64,000 nucleotides of DNA from Smithellaceae bacterium. Lineage in GTDB: Bacteria > Desulfobacterota > Syntrophia > Syntrophales > Smithellaceae. The notes beneath the pieces were generated by a model, which was not told the origin of the DNA, did no database searches, and saw only the letters and a list, made by a program, of their open reading frames with translations. Positions 8,170 to 18,211 of this stretch are shown in pieces. Where the stretch lies: contig CAXXVL010000001.1 of assembly GCA_963667845.2 (NCBI GenBank), positions 608,001 to 672,000 on the forward strand. The letters run 5' to 3'. The stretch's first letter is position 1; each line of letters opens with the position of its first letter. Both the position numbers and the translations under genes were made by a program.

Positions 8170-9003
8170 ATGACCAAATCTTATCATTCATTCAAATACA
8201 GCGCTGCTTCGGTCCCGGATGGGTCGCGCAGTGACCATTTCACCATTATCGCGCATCGCGGCGCATCGGCTTATTATCCCGAGAATACGCCGGCTTCTTT
8301 TGAGGGAGCGGTGGCGCTCGGCGCGGACATGGTGGAGCTGGACGTTCAGTTGACCTCCGACGGCGAGGTCGTCGTTTTTCACGACGAAAAGATATCGCGC
8401 TGTACGAACGGCCGGGGCCGCGTCGCGGATCACACTCTGGCCGCGCTCAGAAAACTTGACGCCGGCAGCTGGTTTGACAAGAAATTTCAGGGTGAAAAAA
8501 TTCCCACGCTGTCGGAGGTCCTTCATCTTTGCCGGGAAAGGATTGCCGTCAACATCGAAGTTAAGACGGAGGCGGTGGCCGATGACGTATCCGGCGGGAT
8601 TGAAGAAAAATGCCTGCGGATCGTCGATCAGGCCGGGATGCGGGGGCATGTCGTTTTTTCGAGCTTTGATCCCCGGGCTATTTTGCATCTCAAGGCAATC
8701 GACGCGGGGGCGCCCGTTGCCGTTTTGTATGAGAAGAAACATTACGGTCTGAAATTGCCGTCCGCAATCGTTGCATCGCTTCACGCGGACGCCTTCAACT
8801 GCTCCCAGCGCGAGCTCGGCAAAATATGGCTTGCCGATCTCACGCATCATGATATCCCGGTCAATGTCTATACCGTCAATGAGGAAAAGAAAATGACGCG
8901 GTGGCTGGCCCTGGGCATCGACGGCATTTTTACGAATCATCCTGATGTTTTAAAACGCGTGCTGGAGGATTTCCGGTGGACACAAAAAAGCAAACCCCGC
9001 TGA
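8170..9003 (+). CDS. Glycerophosphodiester phosphodiesterase
   Basis: IAHRGAS..PENT, ELDV, HD, NIEVK and GIFTN.P motifs. Start position uncertain. Confidence 0.9.
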   Translation: MTKSYHSFKYSAASVPDGSRSDHFTIIAHRGASAYYPENTPASFEGAVALGADMVELDVQLTSDGEVVVFHDEKISRCTNGRGRVADHTLAALRKLDAGSWFDKKFQGEKIPTLSEVLHLCRERIAVNIEVKTEAVADDVSGGIEEKCLRIVDQAGMRGHVVFSSFDPRAILHLKAIDAGAPVAVLYEKKHYGLKLPSAIVASLHADAFNCSQRELGKIWLADLTHHDIPVNVYTVNEEKKMTRWLALGIDGIFTNHPDVLKRVLEDFRWTQKSKPR

Positions 9004-11183
9004 CGCCCAACATCTCCAATGCCATGATCCGCAGCATCATGATCGCCATGGACGTCATGTTTCGGGCGACAGGAACGGATGTCCGCCTGCACGGACTGGA
9101 AAACGTACCGGATCAACCGGTCCTGTATGTGGTGAACCACTTTACGCGCATCGAAACCTTCATCATGCCGTACATCATCAAGAAGCATTTCAAAAAATAT
9201 CCCATTTCGCTCGCGGATGCGTCCTTCTTTACGGGAAGAGTGGGCGAATTCATGAACCGGGCGGGCGGCATCTCCACGGCCGATCCCAACCGGGATGCCA
9301 TTTTAATCAATGCTCTGCTTACCGACAGCCATCCGGTCATCATTTTTCCCGAAGGCCAGATGATCAAGGACAAGAAGATCATCGAAAAGGGCAAATATCT
9401 GATTAACACCGCCACGGGCCGCCGTCCGCCGCATACGGGCGCGGGGCGAATCGCGCTTCGCTCGCAGTTTATCCGTGAAGAGCTGCGCCTCCTGCACGCG
9501 CAAAAGGAGCACGTCTCCATCGGCCTCATTGCCGATCATTTTGGATTTGATCCGGCGCACGTGGAGAAGATCCTCGCAAAGGAAACGTTTATCGTTCCGG
9601 TCAATATCACGTATTATCCCGTGCGCGCCCGGGATAACGCCATCAGCCGGCTGGTCAACCGCTTTGTAGACCACGTCTCCGAAAGGATGGAGGAGGAGAT
9701 GGAGGTCGAAGGATCGATGCTCATGGACGGCGTGGATATCGATATCAGCCTGGGCAGACCGATTGCCGTGAAAAAGTACCTGGAAGAAGGTGAGGGCATT
9801 CGGGAGATGCTGACCGATACCGGGCTCTACCTGAACCCCGGGGAGCTCAAGTTTGCCGCGCCCTTCATGAAGATTTACGTGCAGATGATGTATGAATACA
9901 TGCACGCGATCTACGAGATGACGACGGTCAACCACGATCATCTGGCGTCCTACATTATTACGAAATACCTGAAGACGAGCTTTTCGGAAAGCGATCTCAA
10001 AAACCGTATTTATCTGGCCATTGAACACCTGATGCAGACGGGCATTTCCCGCTACCACCAGACGCTTGCCGCCGATCAGATCAACCTGCTCAGCGACGAT
10101 CTTCATGAAAAGTATGAGGACTTCATGAACGATGTCATCGCCGAAAACCTCGTATCGCGCCAGGACGGCATGATCACCAAAAACCAGGAACGGTTTCACA
10201 GAACCTATGCGTTTCAAACGATCCGCAGGGATAACATCGTCGAAGTCCTGACGAATGAAATTGAACCCCTGAAACGCCTGACGCAGGGCCTCGATCATCT
10301 GATGCGGGAGCCTTCGGTATTCATCAAACAGAAGATCAGAAACCAGTTTCTGATGCAGGACCGGCAGATTTTCAACGAGGATTATTCGCAGCACTACGTC
10401 GCCGGTGTGACAAAGCCCCGGGGGATCGGCGAGCCTTTTCTGAGGCGTCTTCTTCTGCGCAACCGGGGCGTGATCCTCGTGCACGGTTACCTGGCCGCGC
10501 CCGAGGAGATTGAGCCGCTGGCGGATTTTCTGTACAAGAACGGTTACAGTGTATACGGCGCGCGCCTTCGAGGACACGGCACGGCGCCGGAGGATCTCGC
10601 GCTGTGGGACTGGCATGCCTGGTATGCCTCCGTCAACCGGGCCTATATCATCATGAAGAATACCGTGAAGGCTTTCGCCGTCGTCGGTTTCTCCACAGGC
10701 GCGGGGCTCGCGCTGCTGCAGGCGGCCAACAAGCCCGGGCGGATTGAGGGCGTGATATCGATTAACGGCCCGGCGCGGCTTCAAAATTCCCAGGCCAAGT
10801 ATTCTCCGCTGGTCGTTGCGTGGAACAGAGTCCTGTCGCTTCTGGGCGTTACGCGGGGCAAAAAAGAATTTGTGGCCAATGCCCCGGAAAACCCGGAAAT
10901 CAATTACGACCGCAACCCCATCCGCGGTGTCTATGAACTGGAGCGGTTGATGAAATACGTCAAGACGAGGCTTCCGGACGTGACGTGCCCGGTCCTCGTG
11001 ATCCAGGGATCGGATGATCCGGTCGTCAATCCGGAAAGCGGCATGGATATTTATATGCCGTTGGGGTCGGCCGATAAACAGCTCGTTCATATTTCCGCTG
11101 ATCATCACGGCATTCTGCGCGGCAGCGAATCCGACGAGGTCAAAGAAAAAGTTCTGCTGTTCTTAAAAAGAATTTTCCAGTAG
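8976..11183 (+). CDS. Acyltransferase (PlsB/PlsC-like) fused to alpha/beta hydrolase
   Basis: N-terminal NHFTRIE and IFPEG motifs. C-terminal HGY, GHGT, GFSTG nucleophile elbow, D.VV and His. Confidence 0.8.
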   Translation: MDTKKQTPLTPNISNAMIRSIMIAMDVMFRATGTDVRLHGLENVPDQPVLYVVNHFTRIETFIMPYIIKKHFKKYPISLADASFFTGRVGEFMNRAGGISTADPNRDAILINALLTDSHPVIIFPEGQMIKDKKIIEKGKYLINTATGRRPPHTGAGRIALRSQFIREELRLLHAQKEHVSIGLIADHFGFDPAHVEKILAKETFIVPVNITYYPVRARDNAISRLVNRFVDHVSERMEEEMEVEGSMLMDGVDIDISLGRPIAVKKYLEEGEGIREMLTDTGLYLNPGELKFAAPFMKIYVQMMYEYMHAIYEMTTVNHDHLASYIITKYLKTSFSESDLKNRIYLAIEHLMQTGISRYHQTLAADQINLLSDDLHEKYEDFMNDVIAENLVSRQDGMITKNQERFHRTYAFQTIRRDNIVEVLTNEIEPLKRLTQGLDHLMREPSVFIKQKIRNQFLMQDRQIFNEDYSQHYVAGVTKPRGIGEPFLRRLLLRNRGVILVHGYLAAPEEIEPLADFLYKNGYSVYGARLRGHGTAPEDLALWDWHAWYASVNRAYIIMKNTVKAFAVVGFSTGAGLALLQAANKPGRIEGVISINGPARLQNSQAKYSPLVVAWNRVLSLLGVTRGKKEFVANAPENPEINYDRNPIRGVYELERLMKYVKTRLPDVTCPVLVIQGSDDPVVNPESGMDIYMPLGSADKQLVHISADHHGILRGSESDEVKEKVLLFLKRIFQ

Positions 11184-11223
11184 TCCTCACCAGAGAAGTG
11201 AGTAAAAGGAGTCGCGCGTTACG

Positions 11224-13065
11224 ATGGAAGAAAATACGGCCTTGAAGGAAAAAGCGGCGTCCGCGCCCAGGAGCCCCGGCGTATACATCATGCACGATGC
11301 CGCCGGCAAAGTCATCTACGTGGGCAAGGCCAACGATTTGAAGAGCCGCATCAGTTCCTATTTTACGGGCAAGGACACGCGGCCGATGGCGCCCTTTTTG
11401 ATGGCGCGGGTGCGCGATATTGAATTCATCACCACCGCCACGGAAAAAGAAGCCCTGATTCTGGAAAACAATCTCATCAAGAAACACCGTCCGCGATACA
11501 ATGTGATTTTGCGCGATGATAAGACCTACTATCACCTTTCGCTGGATCCCTCGGAGCCTTATCCTCGGCTCACGCTTGTCCGCAAGCGGCTCAACAATGC
11601 AGCCCTCTATTTCGGCCCTTATCCGTCGGGGCTGGCCGCCAAGGAAACACTCCGGTTTGTCCAGCAGGTCTTTCCGCTTCGGACCTGCCGTAACCGTGAT
11701 TTTCAACTGAGGCCCCGCCCCTGTCTGGAGTATCAGATCGGACGATGCCTGGCCCCCTGCAAAAACCTGATTGACGAAGCCGCTTACCGGAAGCTGGCCC
11801 AGAGCGCCGTGTCTTTTCTGCAGGGACGCCGACGGGAGCTGGTTTCCGATTTGAAAAGACAGATGGAGGATGCGGCCCGGGACCTGAATTATGAAGAAGC
11901 GGCGCGTCTGCGCGACCGCATCGGCGCGCTCGAACACGCGCTGGAGCGGCAAAACGTGGATTGGGGCGGCCTGGAGGACCAGGACGTCCTGGGCGTTTAT
12001 ACCGATCAGGATACCTATCAGCTCTGCATCCTGTTCGTGCGCGGCGGGAAACTTCTGGGCAGCAAATCCTTTACGCCCGTAAAGACAAAGGCGGACGCCG
12101 GTGAAGTGATTTCGTCGCTGCTCGGGCAATACTACGACGGTTCCAATCTGCCGGACGAGCTTATCCTTCCGTTACATCTTCCCGACGAAGACGTGATCGC
12201 CGAGTGGCTCACGGATCAAAAAGGGAAAAAAGTGCCGCTTACGGTGCCGCAGCGCGGAGCCAAAAAGGCGCTGGCCGACATGGCGGGCGCAAACGCCCGC
12301 GAGCTTTTTCTATCGGGGCAAAAGAAGGAAGAGCAGAGGGCTGCTGCTCTTGCAGTCCTTCAGGAAAAACTCTCGCTTTCCAAATTGCCCAGGCGAATCG
12401 AATGCTACGATATTTCCAACATCAGCGGCAAAGACGCTGTGGGATCGATGGTGGTCCTTCAGGACGGCGAACCGGATAAGTCGGGTTACCGGCGTTTCCG
12501 CATCCGGGGACTGGACGAGCCGGATGACTACGGCATGATGCGGGAAGTGTTGACGCGCAGGTTTTCGGGCACCCAACCGCTTCCGGATCTCGTCGTGGTT
12601 GACGGCGGCAAGGGACAGCTCAATGTCGCACTTTCCGTTTTGAACGACCTGAAGATAAAACTGGACGTCGCGGGTCTCGCGAAAGAGGAGCGGGCAATTC
12701 CTACCGCAAAAGTCAGGCTCCGCGGAAAAGCGGCCAAAGCGGAGGACCGCGTCTATCTGCCCAGGCGCAAGGACGCCGTCTTTCTTTCTTCCAAGCCCGC
12801 CGCCCTCGCGCTTCTGCAGCGGGTCCGCGATGAGGCGCACCGCTTTGCGGTGAGCTACTACCATCGGTTGAAGAACAAAAATGATTTCCGCTCCGTTTTG
12901 GATGCGATTCCCGATGTCGGCTCCGAACGCAAGAGAGAGCTGCTGAAATATTTCGGTTCCGTGAAGCAGGTCCGGCTCGCCTCACTGTCCGATTTGCAAA
13001 AGGTCCCGGGAATTGGTAAGGAGCTCGCGGAAAAAATTTATTCTCACCTGAGAAAAGAAGAGTGA
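11224..13065 (+). CDS. uvrC: Excinuclease ABC subunit C
   Basis: PGVY..IYVGKA, RIECYDISN, VDGGKGQL, RDEAHRFA and C-terminal HhH motifs. Confidence 0.97.
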   Translation: MEENTALKEKAASAPRSPGVYIMHDAAGKVIYVGKANDLKSRISSYFTGKDTRPMAPFLMARVRDIEFITTATEKEALILENNLIKKHRPRYNVILRDDKTYYHLSLDPSEPYPRLTLVRKRLNNAALYFGPYPSGLAAKETLRFVQQVFPLRTCRNRDFQLRPRPCLEYQIGRCLAPCKNLIDEAAYRKLAQSAVSFLQGRRRELVSDLKRQMEDAARDLNYEEAARLRDRIGALEHALERQNVDWGGLEDQDVLGVYTDQDTYQLCILFVRGGKLLGSKSFTPVKTKADAGEVISSLLGQYYDGSNLPDELILPLHLPDEDVIAEWLTDQKGKKVPLTVPQRGAKKALADMAGANARELFLSGQKKEEQRAAALAVLQEKLSLSKLPRRIECYDISNISGKDAVGSMVVLQDGEPDKSGYRRFRIRGLDEPDDYGMMREVLTRRFSGTQPLPDLVVVDGGKGQLNVALSVLNDLKIKLDVAGLAKEERAIPTAKVRLRGKAAKAEDRVYLPRRKDAVFLSSKPAALALLQRVRDEAHRFAVSYYHRLKNKNDFRSVLDAIPDVGSERKRELLKYFGSVKQVRLASLSDLQKVPGIGKELAEKIYSHLRKEE

Positions 13066-13080
13066 GCGCGTTTATATCGT

Positions 13081-13635
13081 ATGAGTCTGGTAACCATATT
13101 TCTGCTGGCGATCGGTTTGGGGATCGATGCTTTTTCCGTGGCCATCGGCATCGGGGCCGCGAATCAAAAGAAATCGTGGACGCCTGTCCTGCGGCTTTCT
13201 CTTGCTTTCGGCGCTTTTCAGTTTGTGATGCCGCTTATCGGCTGGCTGGCCGGTTCGACCGTCGTTTCCCTGATCGGAAATTTTGATCACTGGATCGCAT
13301 TTGCCCTCCTGGCTGTGGTCGGCGGGAAAATGATCTGGGAGGGATTCGAGAAGGAAAGTGGCGAGGAGAGGGCCGATCAGACGCGCGGCTGGCCGTTACT
13401 CCTCCTTTCCATTGCCACCAGTATCGACGCGCTGGCGGTCGGATTCAGTTTCTCGCTTTTAAAAACCCCCATCCTGTTTCCCGCGGTAATCATCGGGATT
13501 GTCTGCTTTGCAATGACGGCGGTCGGCATGATTTTCGGCAAGGGATTGGCCCGGATCTTCGGGAAGAAGGTGGAGATTGTGGGCGGTCTGGTCCTGATTG
13601 CCATCGGTGTGAAGATTCTGATAGAGCATATTTAG
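13081..13635 (+). CDS. mntP: Manganese efflux pump
   Basis: AIGL.IDAFSVA, FQ.MP.IGW, DHWIAF, ATSIDALAVG. Confidence 0.9.
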   Translation: MSLVTIFLLAIGLGIDAFSVAIGIGAANQKKSWTPVLRLSLAFGAFQFVMPLIGWLAGSTVVSLIGNFDHWIAFALLAVVGGKMIWEGFEKESGEERADQTRGWPLLLLSIATSIDALAVGFSFSLLKTPILFPAVIIGIVCFAMTAVGMIFGKGLARIFGKKVEIVGGLVLIAIGVKILIEHI

Positions 13636-13931
13636 ACGTGAGGTTCCATAAAAGATCTGCAGCCGTTTCTCCCGCCGATCTGCCGTTGCTAGTGTGATCG
13701 GTGACAAAACCAGGGATAAGCGTTTCCCAAAGAGACGATCATATACGGTTGTCCGGAAGGAGCCGCAAATCCCTTAAGGGGAGCGATTTTTGTACAAATC
13801 TTTAGGCTTGTATTCTGAAATATTTCGATAAACGCCAATGATATTAAGGTGGATCTCTTCATTGGATTACCATTAATTAGCATTGCTTTTCTTATTCCTA
13901 ATTACTATACTCCAACACACAGCAAAACTTT

Positions 13932-13989
13932 AATCCCGCTCGGGCGGGACGAGAGTTAATTCCCTGTCGCTTGCTGCGAGGTGGTTGAT
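13932..13989 (+). repeat. Family B repeat copy 1 (short form)
   Basis: AATCCCGCT-loop-GCGGGACGAGAGTTAATTCCCTGTCGCTTGCTGCGAGGTGGTTGAT. Confidence 0.85.
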
Positions 13990-14042
13990 CCAAGCGTGCG
14001 GGGTGACGATTTCGCGTTCCGATGATTTAAGGAGGTTTTAAC

Positions 14043-15581
14043 ATGCGCATAAAAAAAATTCAGAAAATGATCTGCATGATCGTGCTGATAGCAGTGCTGA
14101 TCCCAGGTATGGCGCTGGCACAGGACAGCGCCGGGAGTTATACGAGACAGACGTTCAGCCAGGAGGAGCTGGCCCAGATGATGGCGCCGGTCGCGCTTTA
14201 TCCGGATGCCCTCTTGTCGCAGATTCTGATGGCCGCCACGTATCCGTTTGATGTGGTCGAAGCGGATCGCTGGATGACGAGAAATCCCTACGTGACGGGT
14301 GAAGCCCTGGATCAGGCGCTGCAGGCCAAGGACTGGGACGTCAGTATTCTGGCCCTGTGCCACTATCCGAAAGTACTGGCCATGATGAGCGAAAATCTGA
14401 GCTGGACGGCGAGACTCGGCGACGCGTTTACCAACCAGGAAGACGACGTTATGGATACGGTTCAGGAGCTGCGCACTCGGGCGCGCGAGGCGGGGAATCT
14501 TTCGACAACGCCGGAGCAGAGAGTGATTGTCGAGGACCGCTACATCAGCATTGAGCCGGCCAGTCCGGAATATGTATACGTTCCCGCATATGATCCGTAT
14601 GTCGTATACGGGACGTGGTGGCTGCCGCTTTTCCCACCTTTGCCGATTATCCTGCCCGGATTAATCGTAACGGGTCCCCGTATCATTTTTTCGCCGAGAT
14701 ACTATGTCGGATACGGTGTATTCGGCTGGAGCCGGTTTGACTGGCATCAGCGCCACCTCGTCATTGTGGATATCGACAGAACCAGACGGTATTACAGACA
14801 CTATCGTGATTATGATTATCGCGGACCGGATCGTCGCTTCTGGCGGCCGGATCGCGAACGGCGTTACATCCGCGAAAGACGCGCGGGTGAAATCCCCGCG
14901 TATCGCCCGCCGGTTAAACCCGTGCCGCCCGGTCAGCGCTGGGACCGCGGCCCCGACAGACGCGATAAGCCGGATATAAGAGACAGAGACAGAAGGCCGG
15001 GCAACGGCCCCCGGGTCATTGACCGGGACAGGCGTGAAATCGAGGGGCGGCCGAGCGGGCCGGGAATTGTGCCGCCGCGACGCGATGATAAAGATAAACG
15101 TCCGGATGCGGGCCCGCGGATCATTGATCGGGACAAGCGTGAAATCGAGGGACGGCCGAGCGGGCCGGGCCTTGGCCCGCAGCGCACTCCGGACAGAGAC
15201 AGAGAACTGAATCAGGATCGCCGCGTTATTGATAAAGGGAAGCCCGTTGAGCAGCCGCGGATTATCGACAACAGGCCGCAGCCGTCCGATGCGAGACCGG
15301 TTGACCGGGGGCAGCCCGTGATTCGGGATCGCGCTCCGGTGGGAGGAGCCGAACCGCGAAATCGTTCCCCGCAGGTCGAACAAAGGGGCCCGGTGGGCGG
15401 CGGACAGGTTCGGGAACCCAGCGTGAAGAGCACTCCTCCTCCTCGCTATGAGCCCCGTGAGGAGAGGCAAGTGAGTCCGCCACCCCCGCAACGTTCCATG
15501 GAGCGTATGGACCGCGGGGATCGGCAGGAGGGCGGCATGAATCGGCCGGAGGGCGGTATGAATCGCGAAGGCCGAAGATAG
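14043..15581 (+). CDS. DUF3300-domain exported protein with R/D/P/G-rich tail
   Basis: EELAQMMAPVALYPDALLSQILMAATYP, WT.RLGDAF..Q, VYVP.YDP.VVYG.W; signal peptide. Confidence 0.85.
   Translation: MRIKKIQKMICMIVLIAVLIPGMALAQDSAGSYTRQTFSQEELAQMMAPVALYPDALLSQILMAATYPFDVVEADRWMTRNPYVTGEALDQALQAKDWDVSILALCHYPKVLAMMSENLSWTARLGDAFTNQEDDVMDTVQELRTRAREAGNLSTTPEQRVIVEDRYISIEPASPEYVYVPAYDPYVVYGTWWLPLFPPLPIILPGLIVTGPRIIFSPRYYVGYGVFGWSRFDWHQRHLVIVDIDRTRRYYRHYRDYDYRGPDRRFWRPDRERRYIRERRAGEIPAYRPPVKPVPPGQRWDRGPDRRDKPDIRDRDRRPGNGPRVIDRDRREIEGRPSGPGIVPPRRDDKDKRPDAGPRIIDRDKREIEGRPSGPGLGPQRTPDRDRELNQDRRVIDKGKPVEQPRIIDNRPQPSDARPVDRGQPVIRDRAPVGGAEPRNRSPQVEQRGPVGGGQVREPSVKSTPPPRYEPREERQVSPPPPQRSMERMDRGDRQEGGMNRPEGGMNREGRR
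15006..15169 (+). repeat. Intragenic 59-bp direct repeat (15006-15064 and 15111-15169)
   Basis: Encodes GPR(V/I)IDRD(R/K)REIEGRPSGPG twice. Confidence 0.8.
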
Positions 15582-15604
15582 TTGCCATTTCGCGATAAAT
15601 CTTA

Positions 15605-15649
15605 CGGGGGCGCTGCGGATGCAACGAAGCAGCGCCCCCGTTTTCTTTT
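15605..15649 (+). terminator. Rho-independent terminator
   Basis: CGGGGGCGCTGC…GCAGCGCCCCCG stem followed by TTTTCTTTT. Confidence 0.8.
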
Positions 15650-15845
15650 CACTGTACGACTACCGGTGAACGAATCCGCAAATCCGCTTTCTTTTTCCTT
15701 CTTTCTCTGCAATCCCTGAACAGCGAAATTTTCATGTCTGGCATACAACCGCTTTAAATAAACGGCGGTTTATGATATCTGCACAAAGTGATTCTTTCAA
15801 CGCGCTAACAGAACTGACAGAACAAATTTTCGATTTGACACGACA

Positions 15846-18113
15846 ATGGATGCTTGTATGAATCAAGGCGTTTTCATTTCCCGCCCCTTACCGTCAAGAC
15901 TTCTCGGGCTCCTTTCATGGGTCGTGCTGGGCTTCGCCCTGATGCCGGCGGCTTACGCCCAGCCCGAACCGATGACCGACGGCCGTCCCCGTATCGGCCT
16001 CGTGTTGAGCGGCGGGGGAGCGCGCGGGTTGGCTCACGTGGGTGTCATCCAGGTTCTGGAAGAAATGAAAATCCCGATTTCGTATATTGCCGGCACCAGC
16101 ATGGGTGCAATCGTCGGCGGTCTTTATGCTTCCGGGATGTCGCCCGCTGAAATGGAGACGCTGGTCACGGGCATGGCGTGGAATGAAGCCTTCACGGATA
16201 AGCCGCCGCCCAGCGAACTGACCTTTCGCCGCAAGCGGGACGCCGCCGACTACCTGATCAATTTTGATCTGGGCTATAAAGACGGCAAGTTTACGATTCC
16301 CAAGGGTCTCTTGCAGGGACAGAACCTGAATCTGATGCTGAAATCGTTTCTGCTGGGAAAGGAGGGGGTCGATGATTTCGACGCCCTCAACGTTCCCTTC
16401 CGGGCGATCGCGACGGACATCGAAACGGGTGATGCCGTCGTTCTGCAGAAAGGCGAACTGGTGAAGGCCATCCGCGCCAGCATGTCGATCCCCGGCGTTT
16501 TCGCGCCTGTCGAGATCGACGGCCGGATTCTCGTGGATGGCGGGGTGGCCAACAACGTTCCCATTAATATTGCCCGTCAGATGGGCGCGGACATCGTGAT
16601 TGTCGTGGACATCGGCACCAGCCTGAGCACGCGCAAAGAATTGACGTCGTCCGTGGAAATCACCTCTCAGCTTACTTCGATTATGATTCAGCGCAATTCC
16701 GCCCTGCAAATCTGTACACTCACCGACAAAGACATTCTGGTTCAGCCGGATCTGGGCGACATCACCACGGGCGATTTCATGCGCGCTGCGGAAGCCATTG
16801 CCAAAGGAAGGCAGAAAGCGGAAACGATGAAGACGCAGCTGGCGGCGCTCGCCGCATCGGACGCGGAATTCCTGGCGTACCTTGCGCGTCAGAGGGATAA
16901 GAAAGAGGAACCGTCGAACATCGAATCCGTGGAAGTGGCCAACAAAACGTCGCTGCCCACCGGCCTCATTGAAGCGCAGATCGACCTGAAGCCGGGCAGC
17001 AAGCTGAATCTCGCTGATCTGAAGAGGAACATTGACCGCATTTACGGCATCGATACGTTTGAAAACGTCGACTTCCGGATCAGAAAAAAAGATAAAAGCT
17101 CCGCTGTGATCATCGAACCGATTGAGAAATCGTGGGGTCCGAACTATTTCCGGTTTGGTCTGGGACTCGAAGATAACTTCAAGGGGATGAGCAGCTACGC
17201 GTTGACCGGACAGTTCACCAAAACGGCTATTAACAGCCGGGCTGCGGAATGGCGCACCGAAGTGCGCATCGGAGAAAAACCCCGCGTCTTCACCGAATTC
17301 TATCAGCCCATTGATTATGCGCTCTCCTATTTTGTTGCGGCCAGCGCCCAATACCAGGTGAAAAAACTCAGGGACTTTAATGAGGATGGCGATATTACCA
17401 CGGAATACCGGGATACGGCCTTCGAGGGGAGCCTGGACATCGGCCGGCAGTTCGGCAACTGGGGCGAGCTCCGCGCGGGCATGCGCCGGAAGTATGGCGT
17501 CGTGAAAGTGCTGGTCGGCGACCATCACATCGACGAAGATCCCTACAACCGGGGGAGCGTATTTCTCTCGGCCGCCTACAGCACGCTGGACAACTATGTT
17601 TTCCCGCTTGCGGGGACTGACGCCTCCATTACCTGGAATTACAACCTGAAAGTGCTGGGTTCGGATATCGATGAGCAGCAGCTGAGCTTCAAGGTGATGA
17701 AAGCCTTCACCTGGGGCAAGTATACGTTTATGCCGTCTATTGATATCCGCACAACACTGGACAACGACGACCTGGCCGTCCAGGACACTTTCCCGTTGGG
17801 CGGCTTTCTGAATTTATCGGGTTTTTCCACGGACGAAATATTCGGCCGCCATACCGGTCTGGCCCGGCTGCTTGCTTACCGCGAGCTCGGCTCGACGGGG
17901 ATGGGCGCGCTTAAGATGCCCCTGTACATCGGCATGTCGGCGGAAGCCGGAAACGTCTGGAATAAGCGCGCCGATATCAATTTTGAATCTTTGATCCTGG
18001 CGGGCAGCATTTTTCTGGGCACAAAGACTTACCTGGGACCCGTCTATCTCGCTTACGGCCAGGCCCAGCGCGGCCACTCTTCCATTTACCTTTACATCGG
18101 CCAGCGGTTTTAA
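15846..18113 (+). CDS. Patatin-like phospholipase with POTRA/Omp85 barrel (PlpD-like, type Vd)
   Basis: LSGGGARG, GTSMG and DGG motifs; C-terminal beta-barrel ending in F. Start may be slightly downstream. Confidence 0.85.
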   Translation: MDACMNQGVFISRPLPSRLLGLLSWVVLGFALMPAAYAQPEPMTDGRPRIGLVLSGGGARGLAHVGVIQVLEEMKIPISYIAGTSMGAIVGGLYASGMSPAEMETLVTGMAWNEAFTDKPPPSELTFRRKRDAADYLINFDLGYKDGKFTIPKGLLQGQNLNLMLKSFLLGKEGVDDFDALNVPFRAIATDIETGDAVVLQKGELVKAIRASMSIPGVFAPVEIDGRILVDGGVANNVPINIARQMGADIVIVVDIGTSLSTRKELTSSVEITSQLTSIMIQRNSALQICTLTDKDILVQPDLGDITTGDFMRAAEAIAKGRQKAETMKTQLAALAASDAEFLAYLARQRDKKEEPSNIESVEVANKTSLPTGLIEAQIDLKPGSKLNLADLKRNIDRIYGIDTFENVDFRIRKKDKSSAVIIEPIEKSWGPNYFRFGLGLEDNFKGMSSYALTGQFTKTAINSRAAEWRTEVRIGEKPRVFTEFYQPIDYALSYFVAASAQYQVKKLRDFNEDGDITTEYRDTAFEGSLDIGRQFGNWGELRAGMRRKYGVVKVLVGDHHIDEDPYNRGSVFLSAAYSTLDNYVFPLAGTDASITWNYNLKVLGSDIDEQQLSFKVMKAFTWGKYTFMPSIDIRTTLDNDDLAVQDTFPLGGFLNLSGFSTDEIFGRHTGLARLLAYRELGSTGMGALKMPLYIGMSAEAGNVWNKRADINFESLILAGSIFLGTKTYLGPVYLAYGQAQRGHSSIYLYIGQRF

Positions 18114-18169
18114 GCCCGCTTAAGCGGGCCGAACGTTAATTCTCCGTGGCTTGCTGTGCGGTGGTTCAT
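18112..18169 (+). repeat. Family B repeat copy 2 (short form)
   Basis: AAGCCCGCTTAAGCGGGCCGAACGTTAATTCTCCGTGGCTTGCTGTGCGGTGGTTCAT. Confidence 0.75.
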
Positions 18170-18211
18170 AAAATTTCTCAGATAACGATTAATTGGATTT
18201 TGCCCGTGAAA

